Position numbers and translations under genes: made by a program | From: an uncultured Ardenticatenaceae bacterium | GTDB lineage: Bacteria; Chloroflexota; Anaerolineae; Promineifilales; Promineifilaceae | Length of the DNA: 38,127 nt | Direction of reading: 5' to 3' | NCBI GenBank assembly: GCA_964350725.1 | Contig: CAYGMR010000003.1 | Location: 1 to 38,127, forward strand | The notes under the pieces: model-generated | Databases searched by the model: none | The model's input: the letters and a program-made list of their open reading frames with translations, nothing else | What the model was told of the DNA's origin: nothing | In this document: positions 24,060 through 33,397 of the stretch, piece after piece | How positions within the stretch are numbered: the first letter of the stretch is position 1 | How the letters are laid out: the number at the start of each line of letters is the position of its first letter

Positions 24060-25256
24060 GTGAATATCCTTTTTCTCTCAACATGGTTTCCCTATCCGGC
24101 TGACAACGGATCAAAAATTCGTGTGTATCATTTGCTGCAGGCACTGAACACCCGTCATGATGTGACTTTGGTGTCGTTTGCCTTTGGAACGGCCGTTGTC
24201 AACAATCCACAACAGCATTTACCCTTTTGCAAAAAAGTCATAACCGTCCCCCTGGACCCCTTTGCGACCAACAGCACCTCCCAAGTGCACCAATACTTAT
24301 CGCTCACCCCCACATACACCCGAGCAATTCCAGCGATGACTGCATGTGTCCAAGAGGTGCTTAATTCTGAACCATTTGATCTCATTATTGCCTCCACAGA
24401 GCAAATGGCGATATATGCCTTACAAGACCCATCCCACCCACCTGTCATTCTTGAAGAACATAACTCGCTCACCCGGCTGATGGCAGATAAGGTCCAAAAT
24501 GGCGGTGGTTTAGCAAGCAAATTGCGTAGTTGGATAAGCTGGCAAAAAGCACGCCGCTATGAAGCACAATTGTTCAACCAGTTTGATTTAGTGACTATGG
24601 TTAGCGAGCAAGATCGTGATGTGAGTCTGCAACAATTGCCCGGTTATCGCGGGCCAGTTAAAGTTGTGGCCAATGGTGTTTCTATTTGTGATGTTTCTAG
24701 AAAACCCGCGCCTACAACCGCAAACAGTCTGATTTATAATGGCGCATTGACCTATGCTGCCAATTATGCGGCTATGCAATATTTTCTGGCAGAAATATTC
24801 CCCGCGATCCTCGAACTCGTTCCTGACGCTTCCATCACAATTACAGGTTCCACCCAGGGTGTTGATTTGACGGGATTGAAGCTATCCCATCAGGTGCAGT
24901 TAAGCGGATATGTTGAAGATATTCAGCAGGTGGTTGCCGATGCGGCCGTTTGTGTCGTGCCTTTACTAACTGGTGGGGGCACACGCTTAAAGGTTTTAGA
25001 AGCGATGTCTCTGGGCGTGCCGGTTGTTTCTACTTCTAAAGGTGTAGAAGGTTTAGATATGCAAGCTGGCGAGCATTATTTATGTGGCGACTCGCCGCAA
25101 ACATTCGCCACACAGACCATAAAATTGCTCACTAATCCCGGTTTGAGTCAAAAGTTAGCCAAGCAAGCAAAAAAATTTGTCCAAGAACGTTATCAATGGT
25201 CTCAGATTGGGGAGCAATTTCTGACATTGATTGACGAGACAGTTTCCTCACGCTGA
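24060..25256 (+). CDS. GT4 (GT-B fold) glycosyltransferase
   Basis: The protein begins VNILFLSTWFPYPADNGSKIRVYHLL, a typical GT4 N-terminus, if the in-frame GTG at 24060 is used. The track ORF from 23949 would overlap the acetyltransferase by 107 nt. C-terminal GGGTRLKVLEAMSLGVPVVST. Confidence 0.8.
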   Translation: MNILFLSTWFPYPADNGSKIRVYHLLQALNTRHDVTLVSFAFGTAVVNNPQQHLPFCKKVITVPLDPFATNSTSQVHQYLSLTPTYTRAIPAMTACVQEVLNSEPFDLIIASTEQMAIYALQDPSHPPVILEEHNSLTRLMADKVQNGGGLASKLRSWISWQKARRYEAQLFNQFDLVTMVSEQDRDVSLQQLPGYRGPVKVVANGVSICDVSRKPAPTTANSLIYNGALTYAANYAAMQYFLAEIFPAILELVPDASITITGSTQGVDLTGLKLSHQVQLSGYVEDIQQVVADAAVCVVPLLTGGGTRLKVLEAMSLGVPVVSTSKGVEGLDMQAGEHYLCGDSPQTFATQTIKLLTNPGLSQKLAKQAKKFVQERYQWSQIGEQFLTLIDETVSSR

Positions 25257-25374
25257 GTTCCCGTTATTTTTTCGCAAAATTTACACACTTTGAGAGTGCT
25301 CTGTTGCATCCTTTAAGTAATTCCAAAATGACTATGGATGCTGCCGATTCCTTAAGAAAAACGCGCATACCCAC

Positions 25375-25436
25375 GCTCTGGCCGGTCTCCTGACCGTGTC
25401 CACTGGCTCGGTCAGGAGACCGGCCAGAGCTTGTTT
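25375..25436 (+). terminator. 22-bp perfect GC-rich hairpin, candidate intrinsic terminator of the 3716-25256 operon
   Basis: GCTCTGGCCGGTCTCCTGACCG at 25375-25396 pairs perfectly with CGGTCAGGAGACCGGCCAGAGC at 25409-25430. The loop is 12 nt and is followed by TTGTTT. It lies 119 nt after the GT4 stop. Confidence 0.6.
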
Positions 25437-25480
25437 AAACTATTTATGTTACAGAGTACTAATTTAATGAGATTACTGAT

Positions 25481-26887
25481 TTGAATCAACAAACACACTT
25501 ATTTTTAGTAAATAGTAACGTTGGTAAAGGGCTGATTGTTATTGCCGTGTTGGCAGTTGCAGCTTTGTTGGCGCAGGTCGCTTCGCCGATGCTGCTAGGG
25601 TTCGTTTTGGCGAGTGCGGGTGCATTTGTCTTGTTACGCTTCCCGATTTGGGGATTGGTCGGGTTGATTTTTGCGGCGCTTTTGTTCCCATTTGAATTTG
25701 GCACAGGAACTGATGTGATGCTAAATGCGACGACTTTAATCATTCCAGGACTGTTGGGCATCTGGTTTGTGCGTCTTTTTCTGTCTAAAAATTGGCAGAT
25801 AACACGTTCGCGCACGTATGTGCCGCTGCTTCTGTTTTTGTTTGCGGCTTTGATCTCTTTGCTGATTGGATGGGCGACATGGGATCCAACCGTGCCGCGA
25901 TCTGGAAAATTCTTCCTTGTACAAATTGCGCAATGGGCGATTTTTGCTTTTTCTGCGGGTGCATTTTTATTGGCTGCCAATTTGCCGCGTGACGAGCGTT
26001 GGCTGAAATATTTGACCTTTTTATTCTTGATTGCCGCTGGGGTACCAGCTATTTTGCAGCAAGTTCCAGCCTTAACCCCTATCATTAGACAGCTTACGAC
26101 TGTTGCATTTATTCGTGCCCCTTTTTGGTCCTTACTGGTGGCATTGGCATTGGGACAATTATTATTTAATAAACAGCTTTCCTTGTTATGGAAGGTGTAT
26201 CTGCTGTTGGTTTTGGCAGCAACGGCCGTTTACATTTTAGTGGAACAGCAAGAAGCCGCTTCCAACTGGATTGGTGTCGGCGTTGTCATCGTTGTGATGG
26301 GATGGTTGCGCTGGCCGCGTTTGCGTTGGTTAGCATTATGCATCGTCCTGATTATGGCCTTTTCCGGCACAGCGTTTACCTTGTTATGGGATTTTGCTGG
26401 TGGTGACGAAGAATGGTTTCTCAGCGGCGGATCGCGACTTGCCCTGACACAGCGTGTGGTTGAAGATACCCTCAGAAATCCAATAACCGGCCTTGGCCCC
26501 GCCGCTTACCGTGCTTATGGTGCCACACGACCGCTCATTTATGAACACATCGTATGGTATGCCCCTAGAATATCTTCGCATAACAACTATATCGATCTTT
26601 TCGCACATGTGGGGTTGCTCGGCTTAAGCTTGTTTTTCTGGTTTGTGTATGAAGTTGGGCGTCTAGGAGCAAAACTGAAAGGTCGCTATCGGGATGGTTT
26701 CGCTGCCGGTTACATCAATGGGGTTTTGGCTGCTGGCAGCAGCGCGTTGGTTTTGATGGCGTTGGCCGATTGGATTTTACCTTATGTCTATAACATCGGT
26801 TTCCCTGGTTTTCAGGCATCTGTATTTATCTGGTTATTCTTGGGTGGTTTGGTTGCCCTGACACGTTTTTCGACAGAAACAATATGA
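25481..26887 (+). CDS. Second Wzy/WaaL-family (O-antigen polymerase/ligase-like) membrane protein
   Basis: Polytopic, with more than 10 TM segments. SSHNNYIDLFAHVGLLGL matches the Wzy_C HNxY(L/I) helix. TTG start at 25481, no better start nearby, start uncertain. Confidence 0.7.
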   Translation: MNQQTHLFLVNSNVGKGLIVIAVLAVAALLAQVASPMLLGFVLASAGAFVLLRFPIWGLVGLIFAALLFPFEFGTGTDVMLNATTLIIPGLLGIWFVRLFLSKNWQITRSRTYVPLLLFLFAALISLLIGWATWDPTVPRSGKFFLVQIAQWAIFAFSAGAFLLAANLPRDERWLKYLTFLFLIAAGVPAILQQVPALTPIIRQLTTVAFIRAPFWSLLVALALGQLLFNKQLSLLWKVYLLLVLAATAVYILVEQQEAASNWIGVGVVIVVMGWLRWPRLRWLALCIVLIMAFSGTAFTLLWDFAGGDEEWFLSGGSRLALTQRVVEDTLRNPITGLGPAAYRAYGATRPLIYEHIVWYAPRISSHNNYIDLFAHVGLLGLSLFFWFVYEVGRLGAKLKGRYRDGFAAGYINGVLAAGSSALVLMALADWILPYVYNIGFPGFQASVFIWLFLGGLVALTRFSTETI

Positions 26888-28188
26888 AACAATTAAAGCC
26901 GTGGCATTATCTCATCATTATATTTGTTGTTGCAGTTGCTTTGCGTCTGGTCGTTGCTGTTTATCTGGGCGACACAGTGCCGCCGGAAAAGGACGAGCTT
27001 TCTTATTCAACATTGGCACTGCGTCTTGTTGATGGCTATGGATTTAGCTTCGCTGAGGGCTGGTATCCATTTACACCAGCGGAAACCCCAACGTCGCATT
27101 GGTCATTTTTGTATACAGGCTTTGTAGCGGCCGTTTATGCTTTGTTTGGCCCTCATCCGTTGGCCGTACGTTTGCTCAGTGCTGTTTTAGGCGGCATTTT
27201 ACTGCCGTGGATGGCCTATCGTTTAACGCGGCGCGTTTTCCCAGAGCAGCAGGGGTTGGCGTTGGTGGTGGCGGGTTTAACGGCCGTTTATGCCTACTTC
27301 ATCCTTTTTTCTGCGCAGCTCATGACCGAAACGTTTTACATCACCACTTTGTTGTGGTCGCTTGAACGTGCGCTTAAATTTACAGATGATTTGGAGGCTG
27401 AGAAACGGCCGTCGTTCGGTTTGATCATCAGCTTCGGTATCAGTTTGGGAATCGCCACCTTGTTCCGCCAGGCTATTTTGCCTTGGGTAGTCGTTTTGTT
27501 CTTATGGCTGTTGTGGCAAGGGGCACGCCATAAAAAATTCAAAACCACCTTTCTCGCCTTAACCGGATCCGGTTTGATATTGATTGCTTTTATACTACCC
27601 ATCACCATCCGCAACTATCGTGTTTATGGTGATTTTATGCTCCTGAATTCTAATGCTGGCTTTGCGCTGTATTCAGCCCAACATCCGTTACATGGTACGG
27701 ATTTTCAAGCCTTTGCTGTTGCGCCTATGCCCCAAGATATTACGCCCAAGCCACAGAACGAAGCTCAATGGGATCGTGTGCTCATGGCACGTGGTATCCA
27801 ATTTATTGTCGATGAGCCAGGCCGTTACGCCTTGCTCTCCTTGAGCCGAATCGCTGATTATTTTATGTTCTGGCCCAGCCCTGAGACGACATTGATTCAT
27901 AATCTGGGGCGCGTATTGTCGTTTGGTCTGTTTTTGCCGTTGATCGTCTATGGCCTATGGCTGTCGCGTCGTGCATGGCGACGCTTGACGTTGTTATATC
28001 TATTCATTGGCTTTTACACGCTGCTGCATCTGTTGACCTGGTCAATGGTGCGTTATCGTTTGCCCGTGGATGCTGTGTTTTTGATTTTTGCAGGCATAGC
28101 TGTCATTGATTTAGTACAGCGTTTTGTAAAGAATTATTATCCAGAAAACGCTCCTAAGTCTCTGTGGAACTCCGTGACTTCTCCGTAA
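26884..28188 (+). CDS. GT-C fold glycosyltransferase of the PMT/ArnT (GT39/GT83-like) family
   Basis: The first extracytoplasmic loop carries the acidic motif [20 protein letters not shown], as in ArnT/PMT. There are about 11 TM segments. ATGA start/stop overlap with the upstream gene. Confidence 0.7.
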   Translation: MKQLKPWHYLIIIFVVAVALRLVVAVYLGDTVPPEKDELSYSTLALRLVDGYGFSFAEGWYPFTPAETPTSHWSFLYTGFVAAVYALFGPHPLAVRLLSAVLGGILLPWMAYRLTRRVFPEQQGLALVVAGLTAVYAYFILFSAQLMTETFYITTLLWSLERALKFTDDLEAEKRPSFGLIISFGISLGIATLFRQAILPWVVVLFLWLLWQGARHKKFKTTFLALTGSGLILIAFILPITIRNYRVYGDFMLLNSNAGFALYSAQHPLHGTDFQAFAVAPMPQDITPKPQNEAQWDRVLMARGIQFIVDEPGRYALLSLSRIADYFMFWPSPETTLIHNLGRVLSFGLFLPLIVYGLWLSRRAWRRLTLLYLFIGFYTLLHLLTWSMVRYRLPVDAVFLIFAGIAVIDLVQRFVKNYYPENAPKSLWNSVTSP

Positions 28189-28219
28189 GCTCCCTGTAAC
28201 TGCTGTATTTTGGAAAGAT

Positions 28220-29146
28220 ATGAAACCTGAACTGCAACGCCTCTCAATCATTATCGTCAATTGGAATACGCGCCAACTGCTGGCTGAATGTTTGGCGTCG
28301 CTGCAACAAAACATCAATGCGGCGACAGATTTTGAGGTTGAAACGATTGTGGTTGATAACGCCTCTTCCGATGATAGTGTGGCCATGGTGCAGCGTGATT
28401 TCCCTTGGGTGAAACTAATCTGCAACGCTGAAAATCGTGGCTTTGCTGTGGCTAATAATCAGGCAATCCAACAAGCGTCGGGCGCAGCTATTTTGTTGTT
28501 AAACAGCGACACCCATGTGCATTTGGGTGCTTTGCAAGAAATGTTTGCCTTTATGCGCAAAAATCCGCGTATTGGTGCGCTGGGCGCACGTTTACTCAAT
28601 GCCGATGGCAGCCTGCAACCATCTTGTCAGCCGATGTTGACGCCCGGACGTGAGTTTTGGCGTTTGAGTTTTTTGGATCAGCTCATGCCGCGTGCGACTT
28701 ATAACATGTATACGTGGGACACGGCCGTTCCCCGGCAAGTTGAAGTGATTAAAGGTGCCTGTCTATTATTACGCCGTCAAGCGTTAGACGAAATCGGACT
28801 GCTCGATGACCGTTATTTTATGTACACCGAAGAAGTAGACCTTTGTTACCGTTTGGCCCAAGCTGGGTGGCAGCTTTGGTATCTGCCGACGGCCGTTGTT
28901 ACCCATTATGGCGAACGCAGCAGCCGCCAAGAAGCGGAAACGATGTATGTGCAGCTTTACCGCAGCAAGGTGCAGTTTTATCGGAAATTTGGCGGCGAAC
29001 GACGTGCACGCACATTTAAGGAATTGATATGCGTAGCCTATGTGCCGCGCTGGATTATGGCGCATTTGCAAGCGTTATTCTTTGCGCAGTGGAAACCACG
29101 CGCCCGTTTATATCGACGTTTATTAGCGGAACTGCCAGGGATGTAA
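28220..29146 (+). CDS. GT2 family glycosyltransferase (paralog of the 22479 gene)
   Basis: [40 protein letters not shown] and [10 protein letters not shown] motifs. Confidence 0.85.
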   Translation: MKPELQRLSIIIVNWNTRQLLAECLASLQQNINAATDFEVETIVVDNASSDDSVAMVQRDFPWVKLICNAENRGFAVANNQAIQQASGAAILLLNSDTHVHLGALQEMFAFMRKNPRIGALGARLLNADGSLQPSCQPMLTPGREFWRLSFLDQLMPRATYNMYTWDTAVPRQVEVIKGACLLLRRQALDEIGLLDDRYFMYTEEVDLCYRLAQAGWQLWYLPTAVVTHYGERSSRQEAETMYVQLYRSKVQFYRKFGGERRARTFKELICVAYVPRWIMAHLQALFFAQWKPRARLYRRLLAELPGM

Positions 29147-29148
29147 TT

Positions 29149-30285
29149 ATGCGCATCGCTTACATTTTACTTTCGCCTACCTTTGGTATGCATCAATATA
29201 CGGCCGATTACGCCAACCGTTTTGCATTAGCGGGTCACGCTGTGCATCTGATAACCACAAGCCATTTACCACGCGATCGTTATGCAACGGCCGTTGCCAT
29301 CCATACACCCATCGCCACCACAAACACAGGCATCTCTACTGAACTGTTCCAGTGGCGCAGCATTAAAAAAGTAGTTGATGTTGTTGAGCAAATCCAACCT
29401 GATGTGATCCATTTCACCGGCCCACACCTTTGGAATGTGCCGCTTTTGCGCCAGCTAAAAAAATATCAGATACCCGTCATTCATACTATCCATGACCTCG
29501 ATCCGCACAGCGGCACACGCATGGGGCAGCTGCTTAAATATTGGAACCAGCGCATTATTCAAACGGCCAATCACATTCTTGTACATGGGCATCAATACCG
29601 TCAGCGTTTACTGGCTCAGGGTGTTGCGGCTGAAGAAGTGACTTATGCCCCCTTATTGCATCTGTTTCTTAGCCATGCAGCGGCAGTTTCATTCGCAAGC
29701 CAGCACATACCGGCTACCTATGAACCCTTTGCCCTCTTTTTTGGTCGGGTTGAAAAATATAAGGGGATCGATGATTTATTGGCAGCCTACACGCAGCTGC
29801 AAGCGAGCCAGGAATCAAAATCACGATTAAAGCTCGTCTTGGCTGGCCCTGGTCGTTTGTCCGCCAAATGGCAGACCCAACTACCCGCTGGCGTTACCCA
29901 TATAAACCAACGTATTGATGATGCTGAGGCACTCGATTTGTTTTGTCGTTGTAGTTTAGTGCTGCTGCCCTACACAGATGCCACACAATCTGCCTTGGTT
30001 GCCGCTGCCTATTATTTCCAAAAGCCGGTGATGGTTACACGCTCGGGTGCGTTGCCAGAATATGTGGACGCAGGCGAAACTGGTTTTGTTGTGCCCCCAC
30101 GTCAAGCAACGCAGATCGCACGGGTGTTGCAAATCGCAGGCGATTATCCGCAACAATTAGGCACGATGGGACGCAACGGCCGTCGGTGGTATGACACACA
30201 ACGTTTGCATGAATTTGCCGCTTTAACCGGAATGTATCGGAAGTTGATAAATATTGATCAAAAAAATGTAAAAGTAGTCGTTTAG
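29149..30285 (+). CDS. GT4 (GT-B fold) glycosyltransferase
   Basis: MRIAYILLSPTFGMHQY start at the ATG at 29149, 2 nt after the upstream stop. The track ORF from 29029 overlaps the GT2. FFGRVEKYKGIDDLL...LLPYTDATQSALVAAAYYFQKPVMVTRSGALPEYVDAGETGFVV. Confidence 0.8.
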   Translation: MRIAYILLSPTFGMHQYTADYANRFALAGHAVHLITTSHLPRDRYATAVAIHTPIATTNTGISTELFQWRSIKKVVDVVEQIQPDVIHFTGPHLWNVPLLRQLKKYQIPVIHTIHDLDPHSGTRMGQLLKYWNQRIIQTANHILVHGHQYRQRLLAQGVAAEEVTYAPLLHLFLSHAAAVSFASQHIPATYEPFALFFGRVEKYKGIDDLLAAYTQLQASQESKSRLKLVLAGPGRLSAKWQTQLPAGVTHINQRIDDAEALDLFCRCSLVLLPYTDATQSALVAAAYYFQKPVMVTRSGALPEYVDAGETGFVVPPRQATQIARVLQIAGDYPQQLGTMGRNGRRWYDTQRLHEFAALTGMYRKLINIDQKNVKVVV

Positions 30286-30293
30286 ATTTATCG

Positions 30294-30414
30294 CACTATG
30301 TTTGCACATTTCGCATAAGTGTAATTTTCAGCCACAAATTAATACAGATTATAAATTAAATTCGTGAAAATCTGTGTTAATCCGTGGCAAAAAGAAAAAA
30401 CTGCAAAGATAGTG
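30294..30414. repeat. Intergenic foldback repeat, copy C (diverged)
   Basis: Ends CACTATGTTTGCAC (30294-30307) and CTGCAAAGATAGTG (30401-30414) are inverted. Inner arms GCCACAAATTAATACAGATT (30331-30350) and AATCTGTGTTAATCCGTGGC (30369-30388) have 3 transition mismatches. The reverse complement of the right half aligns at about 85% with the left half of copy B. Confidence 0.7.
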
Positions 30415-30449
30415 TTTATCGGTAATGTACTGTATTGGAGCTCTTAACC

Positions 30450-31943
30450 ATGACATCATATGACAAAAGCCAGGAAAACCTGGAACTCGCCGCGCAAGAA
30501 TGGGCGTTTCGCCGGGTTTGGTTACCTTCATTAGGATTACGCAGTTCCGAGCGTCGTCTGTTGTTAGGAATTGTTGATCTAATCCTGATCAATCTCGCAC
30601 TGATCTTTTCTCTGCTCATTAGCACCGATTTATTGCCATCGTTTTCTGCAATATTGGGGCCGTTCAAATGGTTTGTGACCTTAACGGCCGTATGGCTTTT
30701 TGTAGCCAATATTTTTGATGTGTATAACCTGGCGCGTGCCGCGTCGACAACCTACAGCGTGCGTACCATTGGCACAGTGGCGTTAATCACCAGCATCGTC
30801 TACACAGCCATACCCTGGTTGACACCGCCCATGCAAAACCGCTCCCAGCTTTTCCTCTTTGTATTCTTCGCCATATTTATGCTCGTGGCTTGGCGGGTTT
30901 TGTATGCCCAATTTTTTGTTCAACCGACCTTCCAACGCCGTTCCATCATCATCGGCACTGGGGCAAGCGGTCAAGCATTGGTCACAACCTTGCAAAAGAA
31001 ATTGCTCGGTGTCGATGCCAATCCGTTCCGAGGCACAGGTTACGAAATCCTTGGTTTCATTGAAGATAATGCTACCAACCAGGAAGAGAGAGTCGCGGGA
31101 TTGCCCGTGTTGGGTTCAAGCCAGGATGTGGTCAGCGTCGTTGATAAATTGCATATTGATGAGGTCATTATTGCCATGCCAAATACCCAACACATGGGGC
31201 CGACTTTGTTTGAGGCCATCTTGGATTGTCGCGAATTAGGTGTGCCTGTCACTAAAATGACCACAGTCTACGAACGTTTGACCAGTCGTGTGCCTGTCGA
31301 ATATGCCAGCGATGATATGGAAATCGCGGCGGGTCTAGATGACAATCCTTTTTTGCGTTTGTACACCGCCATCAAACGCCTCACAGATTTAATTGGCGCT
31401 GTTTTGACCTTGCCCTTTTTTCTTTTATTAATGCCACTTGTAGCACTGGGTAATTTGTTCTCTTCACCTGGCCCACTGTTTTTCAAACAGGTGCGTGTCG
31501 GTCGGGGCGGACGGCCGTTTCATATCCTCAAATTCCGTTCAATGGTGCCCGACGCTGAAAAAAGCCAGGGAGCAACCTGGGCACAATCCAACGATGATCG
31601 TGTCACTACGATTGGACGCATATTGCGCTGGTCACATCTGGATGAACTACCCCAAATCATTAATGTGCTGCATGGCGAGATGAGCTTGGTAGGCCCGCGT
31701 CCTGAACGACCAGAATTTGTTGAAAAACTAGCCCCACGTATTCCTTTTTATCGGGCGCGGCATTGTGCCAAACCTGGCATTACCGGTTGGGCCCAAATCC
31801 ATCAGGATTATGGCGACTCAATCGCAAGTGCTCAGGAAAAATTGGAATATGACCTTTACTATGTAAAACATATTAGCCCGATCCTGGATTTGCTAATTAT
31901 GTTGCGTACGATTACGAAAGTGGTCGGATTACGGGGTCGCTAA
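30450..31943 (+). CDS. Polyprenyl-phosphate sugar phosphotransferase (WbaP/EpsL-type initiating enzyme, Bac_transf domain)
   Basis: KRLTDLIGAVLTLPFFLLLMPLVALG...PGPLFFKQVRVGRGGRPFHILKFRSM and DELPQIINVLHGEMSLVGPRPERPEF are hallmark motifs. There are N-terminal TM helices plus a Rossmann-like domain. ATG at 30450; the track uses a TTG at 30435. Confidence 0.9.
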   Translation: MTSYDKSQENLELAAQEWAFRRVWLPSLGLRSSERRLLLGIVDLILINLALIFSLLISTDLLPSFSAILGPFKWFVTLTAVWLFVANIFDVYNLARAASTTYSVRTIGTVALITSIVYTAIPWLTPPMQNRSQLFLFVFFAIFMLVAWRVLYAQFFVQPTFQRRSIIIGTGASGQALVTTLQKKLLGVDANPFRGTGYEILGFIEDNATNQEERVAGLPVLGSSQDVVSVVDKLHIDEVIIAMPNTQHMGPTLFEAILDCRELGVPVTKMTTVYERLTSRVPVEYASDDMEIAAGLDDNPFLRLYTAIKRLTDLIGAVLTLPFFLLLMPLVALGNLFSSPGPLFFKQVRVGRGGRPFHILKFRSMVPDAEKSQGATWAQSNDDRVTTIGRILRWSHLDELPQIINVLHGEMSLVGPRPERPEFVEKLAPRIPFYRARHCAKPGITGWAQIHQDYGDSIASAQEKLEYDLYYVKHISPILDLLIMLRTITKVVGLRGR

Positions 31944-31948
31944 CGGCT

Positions 31949-33226
31949 ATGAATGTTCTTTTCCTGACCCAGCTTTTGCCATATCCATTAGTCGGTGGCC
32001 AAAAGATTCGTGCATACTATATGTTACGGCAATTGGCTCTAAACCATGATGTCACGCTGGTTTCCTTCACACGGGAGGATGATCGCCCAGAAGATATTGA
32101 ACATTTACGCGGATTGTGTGCGGCCGTTTACACCGTTCCCATGCAGCGTTCCCTGTTCAAAAACATCCAAGCCGTAGTAGAAAGCGTGTTGAAAGGCAAA
32201 TCAATCGTCATCACCCGGGACCGGCTGCCCGCGATGCACACTTGTTTGCAAAAATTGGTGTCAGAAACTGAGTTTGATGTCATCCACGCCGATCAAACTG
32301 CCATGGCCCAATATGCGCTTTTTGCACAAGATACGGCCGTAAACAATCCCCGCACAGTATTAGACCAACATAACGCGCTGTATCTGGTCGTTGCGCGTCA
32401 GGCAGACCATGCACGCGGCCGTTTGCAACGTCTATTATGGCGCTGGGAAGCAAAACGTTTGGTTGCTTATGAGGCGGATGTTTGCCGCCGCTTTGACCAT
32501 GTGATAACTGTTACGCAGGAAGATAAAGAAGCCTTACTGCGCCTTTATCCAGCAGCAGAAGCCGCGCATCTTGCTAGACGCTTCACCCCACTGCCCATCT
32601 GCGTCGATCCGGATGAACAGCCCATATTGCCAAGAGAAAGCGGAGCGGATAAGCAAATCATATTTCTGGGAACGATGTTTTGGCCGCCCAATGTAGAAGG
32701 GGCGCGTTGGTTTGCTGAGGAAGTATTGCCACTTGTTTTGCAACGCGTTCCGCAATCAAACTTCAAGATTGTGGGCAAAAACCCGCCTGCGTCGATCGTG
32801 AATTTACAAGCTGCAACAGCGCCGTATGCTGAGCATATTGAGATCACAGGCTTTGTGGCCGATGTTGAACCCATATTGGCAAGCAGTTGTGTGTTTGTTG
32901 TGCCTTTATTAGCTGGCGGCGGAATGCGCGTGAAAATTTTAGATGCATGGCAATGGGGGCTGCCGGTGGTTTCCACCACGATTGGCGCAGAAGGTATTTT
33001 AACGCAGCATGGCGAAAACATCCTGTTAGCGGATGATGCCGACGCTTTTGCTGACGCGGTGGTTGATGTTTTGGTTGATGCTGAATTGGCCTATGATCTG
33101 AGGGTCAACGGCCGTTCCTGGGTCGTGCAAAACTACAACTGGCACACGGTTTATCCACAACTTGATGCAATCTACACACAACTCAATTTGAGTGCGTACA
33201 ACAAAATTCACGAAGATTTGATGTAA
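31949..33226 (+). CDS. GT4 (GT-B fold) glycosyltransferase
   Basis: MNVLFLTQLLPYPLVGGQKIRAYYML N-terminus. LLAGGGMRVKILDAWQWGLPVVSTTIGAEG C-terminal nucleotide-sugar-binding region. Paralog of the 24060 gene. Confidence 0.85.
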   Translation: MNVLFLTQLLPYPLVGGQKIRAYYMLRQLALNHDVTLVSFTREDDRPEDIEHLRGLCAAVYTVPMQRSLFKNIQAVVESVLKGKSIVITRDRLPAMHTCLQKLVSETEFDVIHADQTAMAQYALFAQDTAVNNPRTVLDQHNALYLVVARQADHARGRLQRLLWRWEAKRLVAYEADVCRRFDHVITVTQEDKEALLRLYPAAEAAHLARRFTPLPICVDPDEQPILPRESGADKQIIFLGTMFWPPNVEGARWFAEEVLPLVLQRVPQSNFKIVGKNPPASIVNLQAATAPYAEHIEITGFVADVEPILASSCVFVVPLLAGGGMRVKILDAWQWGLPVVSTTIGAEGILTQHGENILLADDADAFADAVVDVLVDAELAYDLRVNGRSWVVQNYNWHTVYPQLDAIYTQLNLSAYNKIHEDLM

Positions 33227-33285
33227 ACATGGTTCAGCATGTGGCATCATTGCAACGATCCTAAATTCGGTAGCTTGAGATTTCC

Positions 33286-33368
33286 GCCACTAATTTCACG
33301 AATTTCACGAAGGCAAATGGCTAGTTCGTAAAATTCGTGCCATGCGCGGCAAATTTTGTGTCTACATA
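33286..33368. repeat. Intergenic foldback repeat, copy D (shortened)
   Basis: CACGAATTTCACGAA at 33297-33311 pairs with TTCGTAAAATTCGTG at 33325-33339 (1 mismatch), with a 13-nt loop. The tail GGCAAATTTTGTGTCTACATA resembles the GGCAAAAA...GTGCAAACATA tail of copies A and B. Confidence 0.65.
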
Positions 33369-33397
33369 AATTAGCTAAACAGGCTTAAGGAAAAACT

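Noticed and set aside
25486-26085. 199-aa ORF on the - strand
   Set aside because: It is antisense to the polytopic Wzy-like gene. Its composition (K/N/A/P-rich) is the complement of hydrophobic codons. It is a shadow ORF.
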